Part shown: piece after piece, positions 36,399 to 46,223 of the stretch
Numbering within the stretch: position 1 is the first letter of the stretch
How the letters are laid out: every line of letters starts with the position of its first letter
Assembly: GCA_035646815.1 (NCBI GenBank)
Contig: DASRON010000014.1
Coordinates: 1 to 63,180, forward strand
Length of the DNA stretch: 63,180 nucleotides
Direction: 5' to 3'
Source of the DNA: Patescibacteria group bacterium
GTDB taxonomy: Bacteria; Patescibacteriota; Microgenomatia; Levybacterales; UBA12049
Position numbers and translations under genes: made by a program
Notes under the pieces: generated by a model
Databases searched by the model: none
What the model was told of the DNA's origin: nothing
What the model saw: only the letters and a program-made list of their open reading frames with translations

Positions 36399-36773
36399 AT
36401 GATTCAACATAGATCAATTTTATCAGCTGCTGACAATTCAGGAGCAAAACGCTTAATGGTAATTCAGACCTATGGTGGGTCAAGGAGAAGATTTGGAAGA
36501 ATCGGAGATCTTCTAAATTGTGTTATTAAAGAGGCAAGCCCTACCGGACAAGTTAAGGCAAGTGAAATGGTAAAAGTTGTTTTGGTAAGAAGCAGAAAGG
36601 AATATAAAAGAGCGGATGGTTCATATGTTAGATTTTCTGACAACGCAGGAGTTCTAATTGATAATGCAAAAGATAAAAATCCAATAGGGACTAGAATTTT
36701 TGGTCCTATTGCAAGAGAAGTAAAAGATAGAGGTTATGCAAAGATTGCCAGTATGGCACCGGAGGTAGTATAA
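36399..36773 (+). CDS. rplN: 50S ribosomal protein L14
   Basis: MIQHRSILSAADNSGAK motif. 124 aa. Confidence 0.97.
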   Translation: MIQHRSILSAADNSGAKRLMVIQTYGGSRRRFGRIGDLLNCVIKEASPTGQVKASEMVKVVLVRSRKEYKRADGSYVRFSDNAGVLIDNAKDKNPIGTRIFGPIAREVKDRGYAKIASMAPEVV

Positions 36774-37102
36774 TGACAGATTCAAAAACAAAAATTAAAA
36801 AATTTAAAAAAGAAGATAATGTAAAAGTAGTTTCTGGAAAAGAAAAGGGCAAAACAGGGAAAATTGAGAAAGTTTTACATAAAGAGAAAAAAGTATTAAT
36901 TACTGGACTTAATCAATATAAAAAACACGTTAAAGCAAAAGCTCAAGGTCAAAAGTCAGAAATAATTACGATCACAAAGCCATTGCCTATTACAAATATC
37001 GCTATTATTTGTCCAAAATGTCATAAGCAGACCAGAGTAGGTTTTAAAATAGAAAAGAATCAAAAAATTAGAATTTGCAGAAAATGCAAAGCTGAATTAT
37101 GA
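36773..37102 (+). CDS. rplX: 50S ribosomal protein L24 (with a CxxC...CxxC ribbon)
   Basis: KOW motif KEDNVKVVSGKEKGKTGKI, plus CPKC...CRKC at the C-terminus. Confidence 0.92.
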   Translation: MTDSKTKIKKFKKEDNVKVVSGKEKGKTGKIEKVLHKEKKVLITGLNQYKKHVKAKAQGQKSEIITITKPLPITNIAIICPKCHKQTRVGFKIEKNQKIRICRKCKAEL

Positions 37103-37638
37103 ACTTACAGCAAAGATTTATAAAAGAAACAGCAATTAATCTTAAGAAAGAACTTGGAATAAAAAATTTCATGGCTGTACCTGTGCTTTCTAAAATTGTT
37201 ATAAATATGGGTGTAAAAGATGCATTGCTTGATAAAAAAAATATAGAAAAGGCAAGTGAAATTCTTGCTCAAATAGCAGGACAAAAAGCAAAGGTTATGA
37301 AGGCAAAGAAATCAATATCATCTTTTAAATTAAGAGAAGGAGATAAGATAGGTCTTAGTGTAACATTAAGAGGAAAAAGAATGTATGATTTTTTTGAAAA
37401 ATTAACATCTGTTGTATTACCAAGACTAAGAGATTTTCATGGAGTGAGAACAACTAGTTTTGATAAGCATGGAAATTATACTTTAGGATTTGTGGAATCA
37501 GCAGTTTTTCCTGAGATAGATCCTTCTAAGGTTGATAAAATACAAGGATTAGAAATAACTATTGTTACAACAGCAAAAGATGATAAAGAAGGATTAACTT
37601 TATTAAAGGCTTTAGGAATGCCTTTTGTAAAAAATTAA
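37099..37638 (+). CDS. rplE: 50S ribosomal protein L5
   Basis: 179 aa with MYDFFEKL and RDFHG motifs. Confidence 0.96.
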   Translation: MNLQQRFIKETAINLKKELGIKNFMAVPVLSKIVINMGVKDALLDKKNIEKASEILAQIAGQKAKVMKAKKSISSFKLREGDKIGLSVTLRGKRMYDFFEKLTSVVLPRLRDFHGVRTTSFDKHGNYTLGFVESAVFPEIDPSKVDKIQGLEITIVTTAKDDKEGLTLLKALGMPFVKN

Positions 37639-37641
37639 ACT

Positions 37642-37827
37642 ATGGCAAAAAAATCAAGCATTGTAAAATTTGAGAAAAAGCAAAAATTTCCAGTTCGCGA
37701 CAAGAACCGTTGTAATATATGTGGTAGAGCTAGGGCATATATGAGAAGGTTTGGTCTTTGTAGACTTTGTTTTAGAGAGCTTGCAGCAAAGGGAGAACTT
37801 CCCGGAGTTATAAAAACAAGCTGGTAA
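37642..37827 (+). CDS. rpsN: 30S ribosomal protein S14, zinc-binding type Z
   Basis: 61 aa with CNICGR...CRLCFRE. Confidence 0.96.
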   Translation: MAKKSSIVKFEKKQKFPVRDKNRCNICGRARAYMRRFGLCRLCFRELAAKGELPGVIKTSW

Positions 37828-37831
37828 ATAT

Positions 37832-38224
37832 ATGAATTATCAAATAGCAGATTTTATTATTAGGATTAAAAATGCAGCACTTGCAAAAAGAAAGCAAGTT
37901 TTATTGCCCTATTCAAAATTAAATAAAGAAGTGGGAAAAGTTTTAGTGAAAAAAGGATTCTTAGAAGAAATTAAAGAGTCAATAACAGATGATAAAAAAA
38001 CTTTAACAGCAATTGTTAAATATTACAAAAGAGTACCAATCCTTACCAATGTAGAGATTATCTCCAAACCGTCTTTACGTGTCTATGGCACTGTAAAAGA
38101 TGTTTTAGAAATTGAAAAAAGAGGAAAGAAAACAGTAATTATTTCAACAAGTAAAGGTGTAATGACTGGAAATGAAGCAAAAAAGAAAGGAATAGGAGGA
38201 GAAATAATTTTTGCCATTTGGTAA
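37832..38224 (+). CDS. rpsH: 30S ribosomal protein S8
   Basis: IADFIIRIKNA and the C-terminal GGEIIFAIW. Confidence 0.96.
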   Translation: MNYQIADFIIRIKNAALAKRKQVLLPYSKLNKEVGKVLVKKGFLEEIKESITDDKKTLTAIVKYYKRVPILTNVEIISKPSLRVYGTVKDVLEIEKRGKKTVIISTSKGVMTGNEAKKKGIGGEIIFAIW

Positions 38225-38234
38225 AAGAAAAAAT

Positions 38235-38786
38235 ATGTCTAAGATAGGAAAAAAACCAGTTGAGATAAAAGAAGGAGTAACAGTAAGTATTGAGAACAAT
38301 AGGATTACTGCGGTTGGTTCAAAGGGAACATTATTTTTTGATATTCCAAAAGGAATTGACGTAAAAATAGTTGATAATAAAGTTATTGTTTCTCAAAAAA
38401 AAGCGGATGATCCAGAAACAAGAGCATTATTTGGTTTAACAAGATCAATAATTGCTAATATTATAACAGGTGCTTCAACAGGTTTTGAAAAAAAATTAGA
38501 ATTAGTTGGAGTTGGATATAGAGCTCAAGCATCTGGATCTTCTATAACCTTATCGCTTGGATTTTCTCATCCAGTGCACTTTAAAGCGCCTGAGGGAGTT
38601 ACATTTACAGTTACAGATAATGTTATTACTATTTTTGGAGCAGACAAGGTATTGGTTGGAAATACAGCAGCAAAAATAAGAGCGATAAGACCACCAGAAC
38701 CATATAAAGGAAAAGGAATTAGATATCAGGGAGAAAAAGTGAGAAGAAAAGCAGGGAAAGCGGCAAAAGCGATTGGAACAAAATAA
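38235..38786 (+). CDS. rplF: 50S ribosomal protein L6
   Basis: I chose the ATG at 38235 (MSKIGKKPVEI). The listed ORF starts at an upstream TTG that overlaps rpsH. Confidence 0.94.
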   Translation: MSKIGKKPVEIKEGVTVSIENNRITAVGSKGTLFFDIPKGIDVKIVDNKVIVSQKKADDPETRALFGLTRSIIANIITGASTGFEKKLELVGVGYRAQASGSSITLSLGFSHPVHFKAPEGVTFTVTDNVITIFGADKVLVGNTAAKIRAIRPPEPYKGKGIRYQGEKVRRKAGKAAKAIGTK

Positions 38787-38787
38787 T

Positions 38788-39144
38788 ATGAATAACATAA
38801 ACAATATTAATAAAAAATTAAGAAGAAAAATAAGGACAAGATCTAAAACAAAAGGTGGAGAGCAAAGACCAAGGCTTTCAGTTTTTAGATCTAATAACTA
38901 TTTTTATGCACAAATCATAAATGATGAAAAAGGGAAGACAGTAATTAGTATATCTGAAAAGGATTTGTCTAAAAAAGAAAAAATAAATAAAACAGGAAAA
39001 GCAAAGGAGCTAGGAATAGCTTTAGCAAAAAAGGCAATAGCAAAAAAAATACAAACCGTAATTTTTGACAGAGGTAGCTACTCGTACCACGGAAGAGTAA
39101 AAGCCTTCGCAGAAGGCGCAAGAGAAGGAGGCCTTAAATTATAA
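38788..39144 (+). CDS. rplR: 50S ribosomal protein L18
   Basis: ATG at 38788. RPRLSVFRSNNYFYAQIIND and FDRGSYSYHGRVKAFAEGAREGGL motifs. Confidence 0.94.
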   Translation: MNNINNINKKLRRKIRTRSKTKGGEQRPRLSVFRSNNYFYAQIINDEKGKTVISISEKDLSKKEKINKTGKAKELGIALAKKAIAKKIQTVIFDRGSYSYHGRVKAFAEGAREGGLKL

Positions 39145-39650
39145 TGGCAAGACAAAACATGCAAGTTTTTGAAAATCAAGTAAAAGAATACGAAGAAGAA
39201 ATTGTTCAGGTTAATAGAGTTTCTAAGAAAACAAAGGGTGGAAATAAGATTGGTTTTTCTGTCTTAACAGTTGTTGGAAACAAAAACGGAAAAGTTGGTG
39301 TAGGCTTAGGAAAAGCACCTGATGTTTCTGCTGCAATTAAAAAAGGTGTTGCTATTGCAAAAAAACATGCAATGGAAATACCGATTATTAATGGAACAAT
39401 TCCTTTTGAATACAGAATTAAGTTAGGAGCTGCAAAAATATTATTAAAACCAGCCCCTCCAGGAAGCGGAGTTATCGCAGGAGGAGCTGTTAGAAGCGTT
39501 GTTTCGCTTGCGGGTATTCAAAATATTTCTTCCAAAGTTTTAGGTACTGATAATCAGGCAAGTAATGTATACGCAACAATGGAAGCATTGAGACAAATTT
39601 CAATAAGATATTATAGGGAGAAAAAAATTAAAGGAGACTTAAAAAAATGA
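39144..39650 (+). CDS. rpsE: 30S ribosomal protein S5
   Basis: VNRVSKKTKGGNKIGFSVLTVVGN and GSGVIAGGAVR motifs. Confidence 0.97.
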   Translation: MARQNMQVFENQVKEYEEEIVQVNRVSKKTKGGNKIGFSVLTVVGNKNGKVGVGLGKAPDVSAAIKKGVAIAKKHAMEIPIINGTIPFEYRIKLGAAKILLKPAPPGSGVIAGGAVRSVVSLAGIQNISSKVLGTDNQASNVYATMEALRQISIRYYREKKIKGDLKK

Positions 39651-40093
39651 ATAGTCTAAACAATCTAAAAAAAATTACTGCAAAATCAAAGAGGAGATTA
39701 GGACAAGGACATGGTTCAGGAAGAAGTAAAACTGCAGGAAGAGGAACAAAAGGGCAAAAATCAAGAAATAAAGTACCAATCTATTTTGAGGGAGGAGCAC
39801 TTCCTTTAATAAAAAGACTCCCCTTTCGTAGAGGAAAAGGGAAAAATAAAGTATTTAAGAAAAAACCAATTGGGATAAATGTTAAAGTCTTAAACTTATT
39901 TAAAAAAGATACAGTTGTAGACATTAAAAGCTTAACCGATAAAAATATCGTAAACAAAGAAGAAGCTTTAATGTATGGTGTTAAGATACTAGGAGATGGA
40001 AAATTAACAGTTCCTCTTTTAATAAAGCTTCCTGTTACAAAAGGTGCAGAAAAGAAAATAACTAAGGCAGGTGGAAAAGTAGAAACACAGTAA
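39647..40093 (+). CDS. rplO: 50S ribosomal protein L15
   Basis: [25 protein letters not shown] motif. It overlaps the rpsE stop, so no L30 gene lies between them. Confidence 0.96.
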   Translation: MNSLNNLKKITAKSKRRLGQGHGSGRSKTAGRGTKGQKSRNKVPIYFEGGALPLIKRLPFRRGKGKNKVFKKKPIGINVKVLNLFKKDTVVDIKSLTDKNIVNKEEALMYGVKILGDGKLTVPLLIKLPVTKGAEKKITKAGGKVETQ

Positions 40094-40095
40094 TA

Positions 40096-41382
40096 ATGAA
40101 TAATATTTTAGCTGTTTTTAAAAACAGTATAAAATCACCAGAAGTTCGAAAAAAACTGTTATTCACAGCTGCAATTTTTGTTATTTTTAGAATTTTTGCA
40201 CATATCCCCGTTTCTGGTGTAGATGTAGCTCAGTTAAAAGTACTTTTTTCCCAGAATCAATTTTTATCACTTCTAGACATTTTTTCAGGAGGAACCCTTG
40301 CCAATTTTTCAGTAATGGCACTTGGTTTAAATCCATATATTAATGCCTCTATTATTCTGCAGCTTCTTACTATGGTTTTTCCAAAACTTGAAGAACTTTC
40401 TAAAGAAGGAGAATCAGGCAGACAAAAGATAAATCAATATACTAGATTTTTGACAGTTCCCCTAGCAGTACTTCAGGCGGTTGGAATGTATGCTCTTTTA
40501 AGAAATCAAGGAATAATTTCAAATTTAAATCCGATCAGTCTTATTTCATTTTTGCTTACCATGACAGCAGGAACAATGCTTCTGGTATGGCTTGGTGAAC
40601 TCGTAACTGAAAAAGGAGTTGGGAATGGAATATCTCTTTTAATTTTTGCAGGAATCGTAGGGAGACTCCCTGTTGTTTTGGGACAAACAATTTCAACAGT
40701 TAACGCTGAGAACATTATAAATATTGCCACATTTTTAATAATGGGATTAACAGTTATTGCATCAATTGTTCTTATAAATGAAGCTACTAGGCAAATTACT
40801 GTTTATTATGCAAAAAGAGTAAGGGGAAATAAAATGTATGGAGGTCAGCAAACCCATTTACCATTAAGGCTTAATCAGGCAGGAGTAATTCCAATTATTT
40901 TTGCAGTTTCATTAGTCTTAATGCCCTCTCTGATTGCTAATTATTTTGTTGCATCAAAAAATGAATTTCTACATAGCACGGCGCTTTTTATTACAACTTG
41001 GTTTAATCCTGATGGCTTGATATATAACGCTAGTTATTTCCTATTAGTTGTTGGATTTACTTATTTTTACACAGCAGTTGTTTTTAATCCTAAGAAAATA
41101 GCAGATGAAATTCAAAAATACGGTGGATTTATACCAGGAGTTAGACCAGGGACGCCAACTGCTAATTACCTAAATTATATTTTAACTCGTATTACCTTAG
41201 CAGGAGCTATCTTTTTAGGAACAATTGCTATTCTTCCAGTTATTGCAAAATCATTTACAAATGTTCAGAATTTAGTATTAGGGGGAACAAGCGTTTTGAT
41301 TGTTGTTTCAGTAGTACTTGAAACAATAAAATCAATAGAAGCACAGCTTGTAATGAGAAATTACGAGGGATTTAAAAAATAA
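40096..41382 (+). CDS. secY: preprotein translocase subunit SecY
   Basis: 428 aa with 10 TM segments, [16 protein letters not shown] and [10 protein letters not shown] motifs. Confidence 0.97.
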   Translation: MNNILAVFKNSIKSPEVRKKLLFTAAIFVIFRIFAHIPVSGVDVAQLKVLFSQNQFLSLLDIFSGGTLANFSVMALGLNPYINASIILQLLTMVFPKLEELSKEGESGRQKINQYTRFLTVPLAVLQAVGMYALLRNQGIISNLNPISLISFLLTMTAGTMLLVWLGELVTEKGVGNGISLLIFAGIVGRLPVVLGQTISTVNAENIINIATFLIMGLTVIASIVLINEATRQITVYYAKRVRGNKMYGGQQTHLPLRLNQAGVIPIIFAVSLVLMPSLIANYFVASKNEFLHSTALFITTWFNPDGLIYNASYFLLVVGFTYFYTAVVFNPKKIADEIQKYGGFIPGVRPGTPTANYLNYILTRITLAGAIFLGTIAILPVIAKSFTNVQNLVLGGTSVLIVVSVVLETIKSIEAQLVMRNYEGFKK

Positions 41383-41383
41383 T

Positions 41384-41917
41384 ATGAAATTAATAATAGT
41401 TGGAATTCAGGGTGCAGGAAAATCAACACAGGGAAATCTTTTGGCTAAAAAATTAAATATCCCTTACCTTTCAACAGGTCATATTTTTAGAGATTTGGCA
41501 AAAGAAAAAACACCTGAAGGGCGTTACATTAAAGAAACTACAAACGCAGGATACTTAATTCACGATAACAAAGTATTAGAAATTGTTAGTGAGTATCTGC
41601 ATAGACCACAATATGAAAAGGGATATATCTTAGATGGTTTTCCAAGAACAATTACGCAAGCAAGATCTTTTGAAAACGGGATAGATAAAGTAATTTATCT
41701 TAAAGTATCTGATAAAGAGGCTTTATGGAGACTTTCAGGAAGAGATGATGAAAGAGAGGACAATACATTAAAGGCAATTAGAAAAAGAATAAATCTTTTT
41801 CATGAATTTTCAGAACCAGTTTTAAACTATTATAGAGATAAAAAAGATTTAATTGAAATAGATGGAGAAAAAACAGTTCAAGAAATCTATAAAGAAATTA
41901 TATCAAGACTTACATAA
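41384..41917 (+). CDS. adk: adenylate kinase (short-lid type)
   Basis: GIQGAGKSTQ P-loop, DGFPRT, and a short lid SGRDDEREDN. Confidence 0.9.
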   Translation: MKLIIVGIQGAGKSTQGNLLAKKLNIPYLSTGHIFRDLAKEKTPEGRYIKETTNAGYLIHDNKVLEIVSEYLHRPQYEKGYILDGFPRTITQARSFENGIDKVIYLKVSDKEALWRLSGRDDEREDNTLKAIRKRINLFHEFSEPVLNYYRDKKDLIEIDGEKTVQEIYKEIISRLT

Positions 41918-42471
41918 TGATAATCGTATTTATTGGTCCTCCCTTTTCCGGAAAAGAAACACAGACAAATTTATTAAGTAATAAACTTAATATACCTGTT
42001 TTTAGCATGGGTAATCTTATTAGAAAAGCATACAAAGAAAAGAATAAAAAAATAATAAAAGCATATGAGGAATATAGTATGAAGGGCAAGCATCTTCCGA
42101 TTTTATTAAAATTTGACCTTCTTAAAAAAGAAATAGATAAAGCGGATAATAATTTTATTTTAGATAATTTTCCAGCAAATAAAGAAGATCTTATTACTTT
42201 TGAAATCTATCTTAAAGAGCGCAATCTTTCTATACACAAAGTATTTTATTTAAACATTTTAGAAGATGAGATGAGAAAAAGATTTACTATTAGAGGAAGA
42301 AAAGATGATGATTTTGAAGTTGTTAAAAAGAGAAGAGATATTCAAGATAGAGAAAGAACTTTTGTTATTAATTATTTTAAAGAAATGGGAATTCTTGTTG
42401 AAGTTAATGGCAAGGGAGATATTGAGGAAATTCAAGAAAAAATCTTCTTAGAATTAAATTCTTCTAAATGA
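41917..42471 (+). CDS. divergent adenylate kinase-like paralog
   Basis: GPPFSGKETQ in place of GxPGxGKGTQ and DNFPAN in place of DGFPRT. The RGRKDDD lid is retained. 1-nt overlap with adk. Confidence 0.7.
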   Translation: MIIVFIGPPFSGKETQTNLLSNKLNIPVFSMGNLIRKAYKEKNKKIIKAYEEYSMKGKHLPILLKFDLLKKEIDKADNNFILDNFPANKEDLITFEIYLKERNLSIHKVFYLNILEDEMRKRFTIRGRKDDDFEVVKKRRDIQDRERTFVINYFKEMGILVEVNGKGDIEEIQEKIFLELNSSK

Positions 42472-43235
42472 TGATTAATATAAAAACTGCACAAGACATT
42501 GAAATTATGAAAAAAGGCGGAAAAATACTTGCCGATGTTGTAAATGAGGTTTTGGAAAATGCAAAACCTGGAATTTCAGAACTTGAACTTGAAGATTTAG
42601 CGAATAATTTAATTAATAAAAAGGGTGCTTTTCCAGGTTTCAAAAGAGTTGAGGGCTATAATTTTGCGACTTGTATATCTACAAATGATGTAATTGTCCA
42701 CGGGATACCAGGAAAATATAAACTAAAAGAGGGAGATGTTTTTGGTGTTGATTGTGGAGTTTTTCTTAATGGATTTTTTACAGATATGTCTAAGACGATA
42801 AGAATTAGAAGTATTAATTCTAAATTAGAAAAAGATAATATAGATAAATTTTTGGAAACAGGACAAATTGCATTACATAAAGCAATTAAGCAGGCAAAGA
42901 TAGGAAATAGAATAGGGCATATTTCAAAAACAATTCAAGATATTGTTGAAAAAAATGGATATTCTGTAGTAAGAGAGTTGATAGGTCATGGAATAGGTAA
43001 GAAATTACATGAAGATCCAGAGGTGCCAGGGTTTTTAGTAGGAGATATTAATAAAACGCCTCTTTTAAAAGAAGGAATGACTATTGCAATTGAGGTAATT
43101 TATAACATAGGTAAAAAAGAAATTGTCTATACTGATGATGGTTGGACAATAAAAACCAAAGATAAAAGCATCTCAGGGCTTTTTGAACATACAGTTTTAA
43201 TTACAAAAAAAGAACCAGTAGTTATAACAAGCTAA
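42468..43235 (+). CDS. map: type I methionine aminopeptidase
   Basis: 255 aa with VIVHGIPG, DCGV, GHGIG and the FEHTVLIT metal-ligand blocks. Confidence 0.95.
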   Translation: MMINIKTAQDIEIMKKGGKILADVVNEVLENAKPGISELELEDLANNLINKKGAFPGFKRVEGYNFATCISTNDVIVHGIPGKYKLKEGDVFGVDCGVFLNGFFTDMSKTIRIRSINSKLEKDNIDKFLETGQIALHKAIKQAKIGNRIGHISKTIQDIVEKNGYSVVRELIGHGIGKKLHEDPEVPGFLVGDINKTPLLKEGMTIAIEVIYNIGKKEIVYTDDGWTIKTKDKSISGLFEHTVLITKKEPVVITS

Positions 43236-43238
43236 TCG

Positions 43239-43267
43239 TTGCAGATAGAGCTTATTTTTGTTATAAT
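43239..43267 (+). promoter_or_regulatory. sigma70-like promoter upstream of infA
   Basis: TTGCAG (43239-43244), 17-nt spacer, TATAAT (43262-43267). About 120 nt of leader. Confidence 0.6.
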
Positions 43268-43388
43268 TACATTTGAAATTTCTATTTTAGGGTTTCTAGT
43301 AAAAAGTCCAATTCAAAATGCAAAAGTGCATAAAAATAGGATGTTTATTTTGTTGTTAGGAATAGTCTAAGATTATAAGAATTTTATT

Positions 43389-43607
43389 ATGGTTCATCAA
43401 GGATCTTTTGAAGTAGAAGGCGTAGTAGAAGAATCATTACCTAATACACTTTTTAGAGTAAAACTTGATAGTGGAGATTTAATTCTCTGTCACTTATCTG
43501 GGAAGATGAGGATGCATTTTATAAAAATTCTTCCTGGGGATAAGGTAAAACTTGAGATGACACCCTATGACAAGGCTAAAGGAAGAATTATATATAGATC
43601 AAAATGA
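43389..43607 (+). CDS. infA: translation initiation factor IF-1
   Basis: 72 aa with an S1-like fold and the motifs [11 protein letters not shown] and [16 protein letters not shown]. Confidence 0.97.
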   Translation: MVHQGSFEVEGVVEESLPNTLFRVKLDSGDLILCHLSGKMRMHFIKILPGDKVKLEMTPYDKAKGRIIYRSK

Positions 43608-43717
43608 AAGTACAAGCAAGCGTAAAACCAAGATGCATAAAATGTAAAATTATTAAGCGTAAAGGCGTGATTAGAGTTGTTTGTGAAAATCCGAGACATA
43701 AGCAAAGGCAAGGATAA
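43604..43717 (+). CDS. rpmJ: 50S ribosomal protein L36
   Basis: Not in the ORF track (37 aa). [41 protein letters not shown] overlap with the infA stop. Confidence 0.93.
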   Translation: MKVQASVKPRCIKCKIIKRKGVIRVVCENPRHKQRQG

Positions 43718-43720
43718 TAT

Positions 43721-44140
43721 ATGAGAATTTCAGGAATAAATTTACCAGATGAAAAAAGAGTAGATATTGGCCTTAGTTACCTTTATGGTATAGGAAGAAA
43801 AAATGTAGTAGAAGTTTTAAAAAAAGCAGAAGTTGAAGCTTCGAAGCGAATAAAAACTTTAACAGAAGATGAGCAAAAAAGAATTCAAAAAGTACTAGAG
43901 ACATATAAATTAGAAGGAGATTTAAGAGTAGAAATATTAAACAACATTAAAAGATTAAAAGAATTAGGATCGTATAAAGGTGTAAGGCATGGTAAAAATT
44001 TACCTGTAAGAGGACAAAGAACTAGATCAAACGCAAGAACAAAAAGAGGGAAAAGGGTAACAATAGGTGCAATTAAGAAAGACTTGGCAGTAAAAATGGA
44101 AACATCTACTGCCGTAAAAGCAAAAACCGGAGGTAAATAA
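43721..44140 (+). CDS. rpsM: 30S ribosomal protein S13
   Basis: MRISGINLPDEKRV, YKGVRHGKNLPVRGQRTRSNART. Confidence 0.97.
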   Translation: MRISGINLPDEKRVDIGLSYLYGIGRKNVVEVLKKAEVEASKRIKTLTEDEQKRIQKVLETYKLEGDLRVEILNNIKRLKELGSYKGVRHGKNLPVRGQRTRSNARTKRGKRVTIGAIKKDLAVKMETSTAVKAKTGGK

Positions 44141-44142
44141 AG

Positions 44143-44544
44143 ATGGCAAAAAAGATAGTAAAAACAGCAAAGACAAAGAAAAAATCAAATCTTATAGTTT
44201 CTGAACAGGGAAAAGTTTTCGTATCGGCAACTTTTAATAATACTTTAGTTACATTCACAAATGATAAAGGAGATACTGTTTCTTGGGGTTCAGCAGGATC
44301 AAGTGGTTTTAAAGGAACAAGAAAATCAACTCCTTTTGCTGCAACCACAGCAGTGGAAATAGCAGGTAAGAAAGCGATTGAGAAAGGATTAAAAACAGTT
44401 GAAGTATATGTTAAAGGTCCGGGTTCAGGAAGAGATGCATCTTTAAGAGCAATTAAGGCATCAGGTCTTTCAATTTCTTTAATTGCAGATATTACGCCAA
44501 TTCCTCACAACGGACCAAGGGCAAAGAAAAAAAGAAGAGTTTAA
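44143..44544 (+). CDS. rpsK: 30S ribosomal protein S11
   Basis: FNNTLVTFTNDKGDTVSW and ITPIPHNGPRAKKKRRV motifs. Confidence 0.97.
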   Translation: MAKKIVKTAKTKKKSNLIVSEQGKVFVSATFNNTLVTFTNDKGDTVSWGSAGSSGFKGTRKSTPFAATTAVEIAGKKAIEKGLKTVEVYVKGPGSGRDASLRAIKASGLSISLIADITPIPHNGPRAKKKRRV

Positions 44545-44549
44545 AAATT

Positions 44550-45155
44550 ATGGCAAGATATACAGGACCAAAACATAGATTAGCAAGAAAAGTAGGAGTA
44601 AATATCTTAGATAAAAGTTCGGCAAGTTTGCAAAGGAGATTAAATATTACTCCTGGAGTGCATGGTAAAAAAAGAAAGAGAAGATTATCTGAATATGGTC
44701 TTCAAATGAAAGAAAAGCAAAAGGCAAAGATTATGTATGGACTTATGGAGAGACAGTTAAAAAACCTAGTAAAAAAAGTGCAAACAAAAAGGGGAGATAC
44801 GGGAGAAATGATATTTTCTCTTCTTGAGACAAGGCTTGATAACTTAGTTTATAGATTGGGTTTTGCTAAGACAAGATTTAACGCAAGACAGTTTACTTCA
44901 CATGGACATATCTTAGTAAATGGAAAAAAAGTTAATATCCCATCATATCAGGTAAGAGTTGATGATGAGATAAGTGTTTCCGATAAAATAAAAGATAATC
45001 CGCAGCTTATAACAGCTTCTGAAGAAAAAGAAGGAAACATTATGCCTTTTCTTAAAAGAAATAAATTATCAGGGAAGCTTATTAGGACACCTAAAAAGGA
45101 TGATTTGGAATTACCGTTTAATATACAATTGATCATTGAATATTATTCAAGATAA
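44550..45155 (+). CDS. rpsD: 30S ribosomal protein S4
   Basis: MARYTGPKHRLARKVG and the S4 RNA-binding domain (RLDNLVYRLGFAKTR). Confidence 0.97.
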   Translation: MARYTGPKHRLARKVGVNILDKSSASLQRRLNITPGVHGKKRKRRLSEYGLQMKEKQKAKIMYGLMERQLKNLVKKVQTKRGDTGEMIFSLLETRLDNLVYRLGFAKTRFNARQFTSHGHILVNGKKVNIPSYQVRVDDEISVSDKIKDNPQLITASEEKEGNIMPFLKRNKLSGKLIRTPKKDDLELPFNIQLIIEYYSR

Positions 45156-45172
45156 TGGTAAAATAATACCTT

Positions 45173-46096
45173 ATGACGAATCCAACATTTAAAATTAAAG
45201 AAGAAAAACTAACAGACGATTTTGGAGAGTTTGTTATTGAGCCTCTAGAGCCAGGATATGGCCATACATTAGGAAATTCCTTAAGAAGAGTTCTTATGGT
45301 ATCAATTCCTGGAGCAGCTGTTACTTCTGTAAAAATAGCAGGTGTTAAGCATAAGTTTTCAACGGTTCCTGGCCTTAAGGAAAATGTTGTTGATCTTTTG
45401 ATAAACATAAAAAACTTAAGCTTTAGACTTCTTGACTCTAAAACTAGTAGTATAGTAAAACTTTCTGTAAAAGGAGCAAAAGAGATCACAGCAAAAGATT
45501 TTGATCTTCCAGAAGATGTAGAAATTGTAAATAAAGATGCATATGTTGGATCATTAACTGATAAAAAAGCAAAACTTGAGATAGAGCTTACAATAGAAAG
45601 AGGATATGGTTATACACTTTCTGAGGATAAAAAAATAAATACCTTAGGAGTTTTACCAACAGATGCAATATTCACCCCAGTTAAAAGAGTAAATTATGAA
45701 GTTTCTGCAACTCGTGTTGGAAGACAAACAAACCTTGATAAGTTAATTCTTAGTATTTGGACAAACGGAGTGATTAGTCCAAGAGAAGCATTAGAAGAAG
45801 CATCTAGAGTTCTTGCTTCATACTTTACTCACGTCTTTGAACCAAAGGAGGTAGTTTCTAAAGAGAGTGAAGATTCCGATAAGCCATATTCTGATGCTTT
45901 ACTTAAGATGACAATAGACGAGTTAGATCTTCCAACTAGAATTTACAATAGCTTAAGAAATGGAGACATTGAAACAATTGGACAATTAATAGAAGCTCCA
46001 AGAAAAGACCTTGCCACTATGAGGAATATGGGCGGGAAATCAATAGCAATAATTGAAGAGAAACTTAAAGAAAAAGATGTAACGTTACAAAATTAA
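45173..46096 (+). CDS. rpoA: DNA-directed RNA polymerase subunit alpha
   Basis: GHTLGNSLRRVL and the C-terminal domain LDLPTRIYNSLRNGDIETIGQL. Confidence 0.97.
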   Translation: MTNPTFKIKEEKLTDDFGEFVIEPLEPGYGHTLGNSLRRVLMVSIPGAAVTSVKIAGVKHKFSTVPGLKENVVDLLINIKNLSFRLLDSKTSSIVKLSVKGAKEITAKDFDLPEDVEIVNKDAYVGSLTDKKAKLEIELTIERGYGYTLSEDKKINTLGVLPTDAIFTPVKRVNYEVSATRVGRQTNLDKLILSIWTNGVISPREALEEASRVLASYFTHVFEPKEVVSKESEDSDKPYSDALLKMTIDELDLPTRIYNSLRNGDIETIGQLIEAPRKDLATMRNMGGKSIAIIEEKLKEKDVTLQN

Positions 46097-46223
46097 GTTT
46101 CCAATATCAGTTTTCAGTTATCAGATTTTGGTTAAGCAATTTTCAGCTTCTCAGTCAGAAAGATAAGACCGATAAGACTAGAATCTGAAAGCAAAAACCG
46201 AGAACCGATAGCTGATTTTTAAT

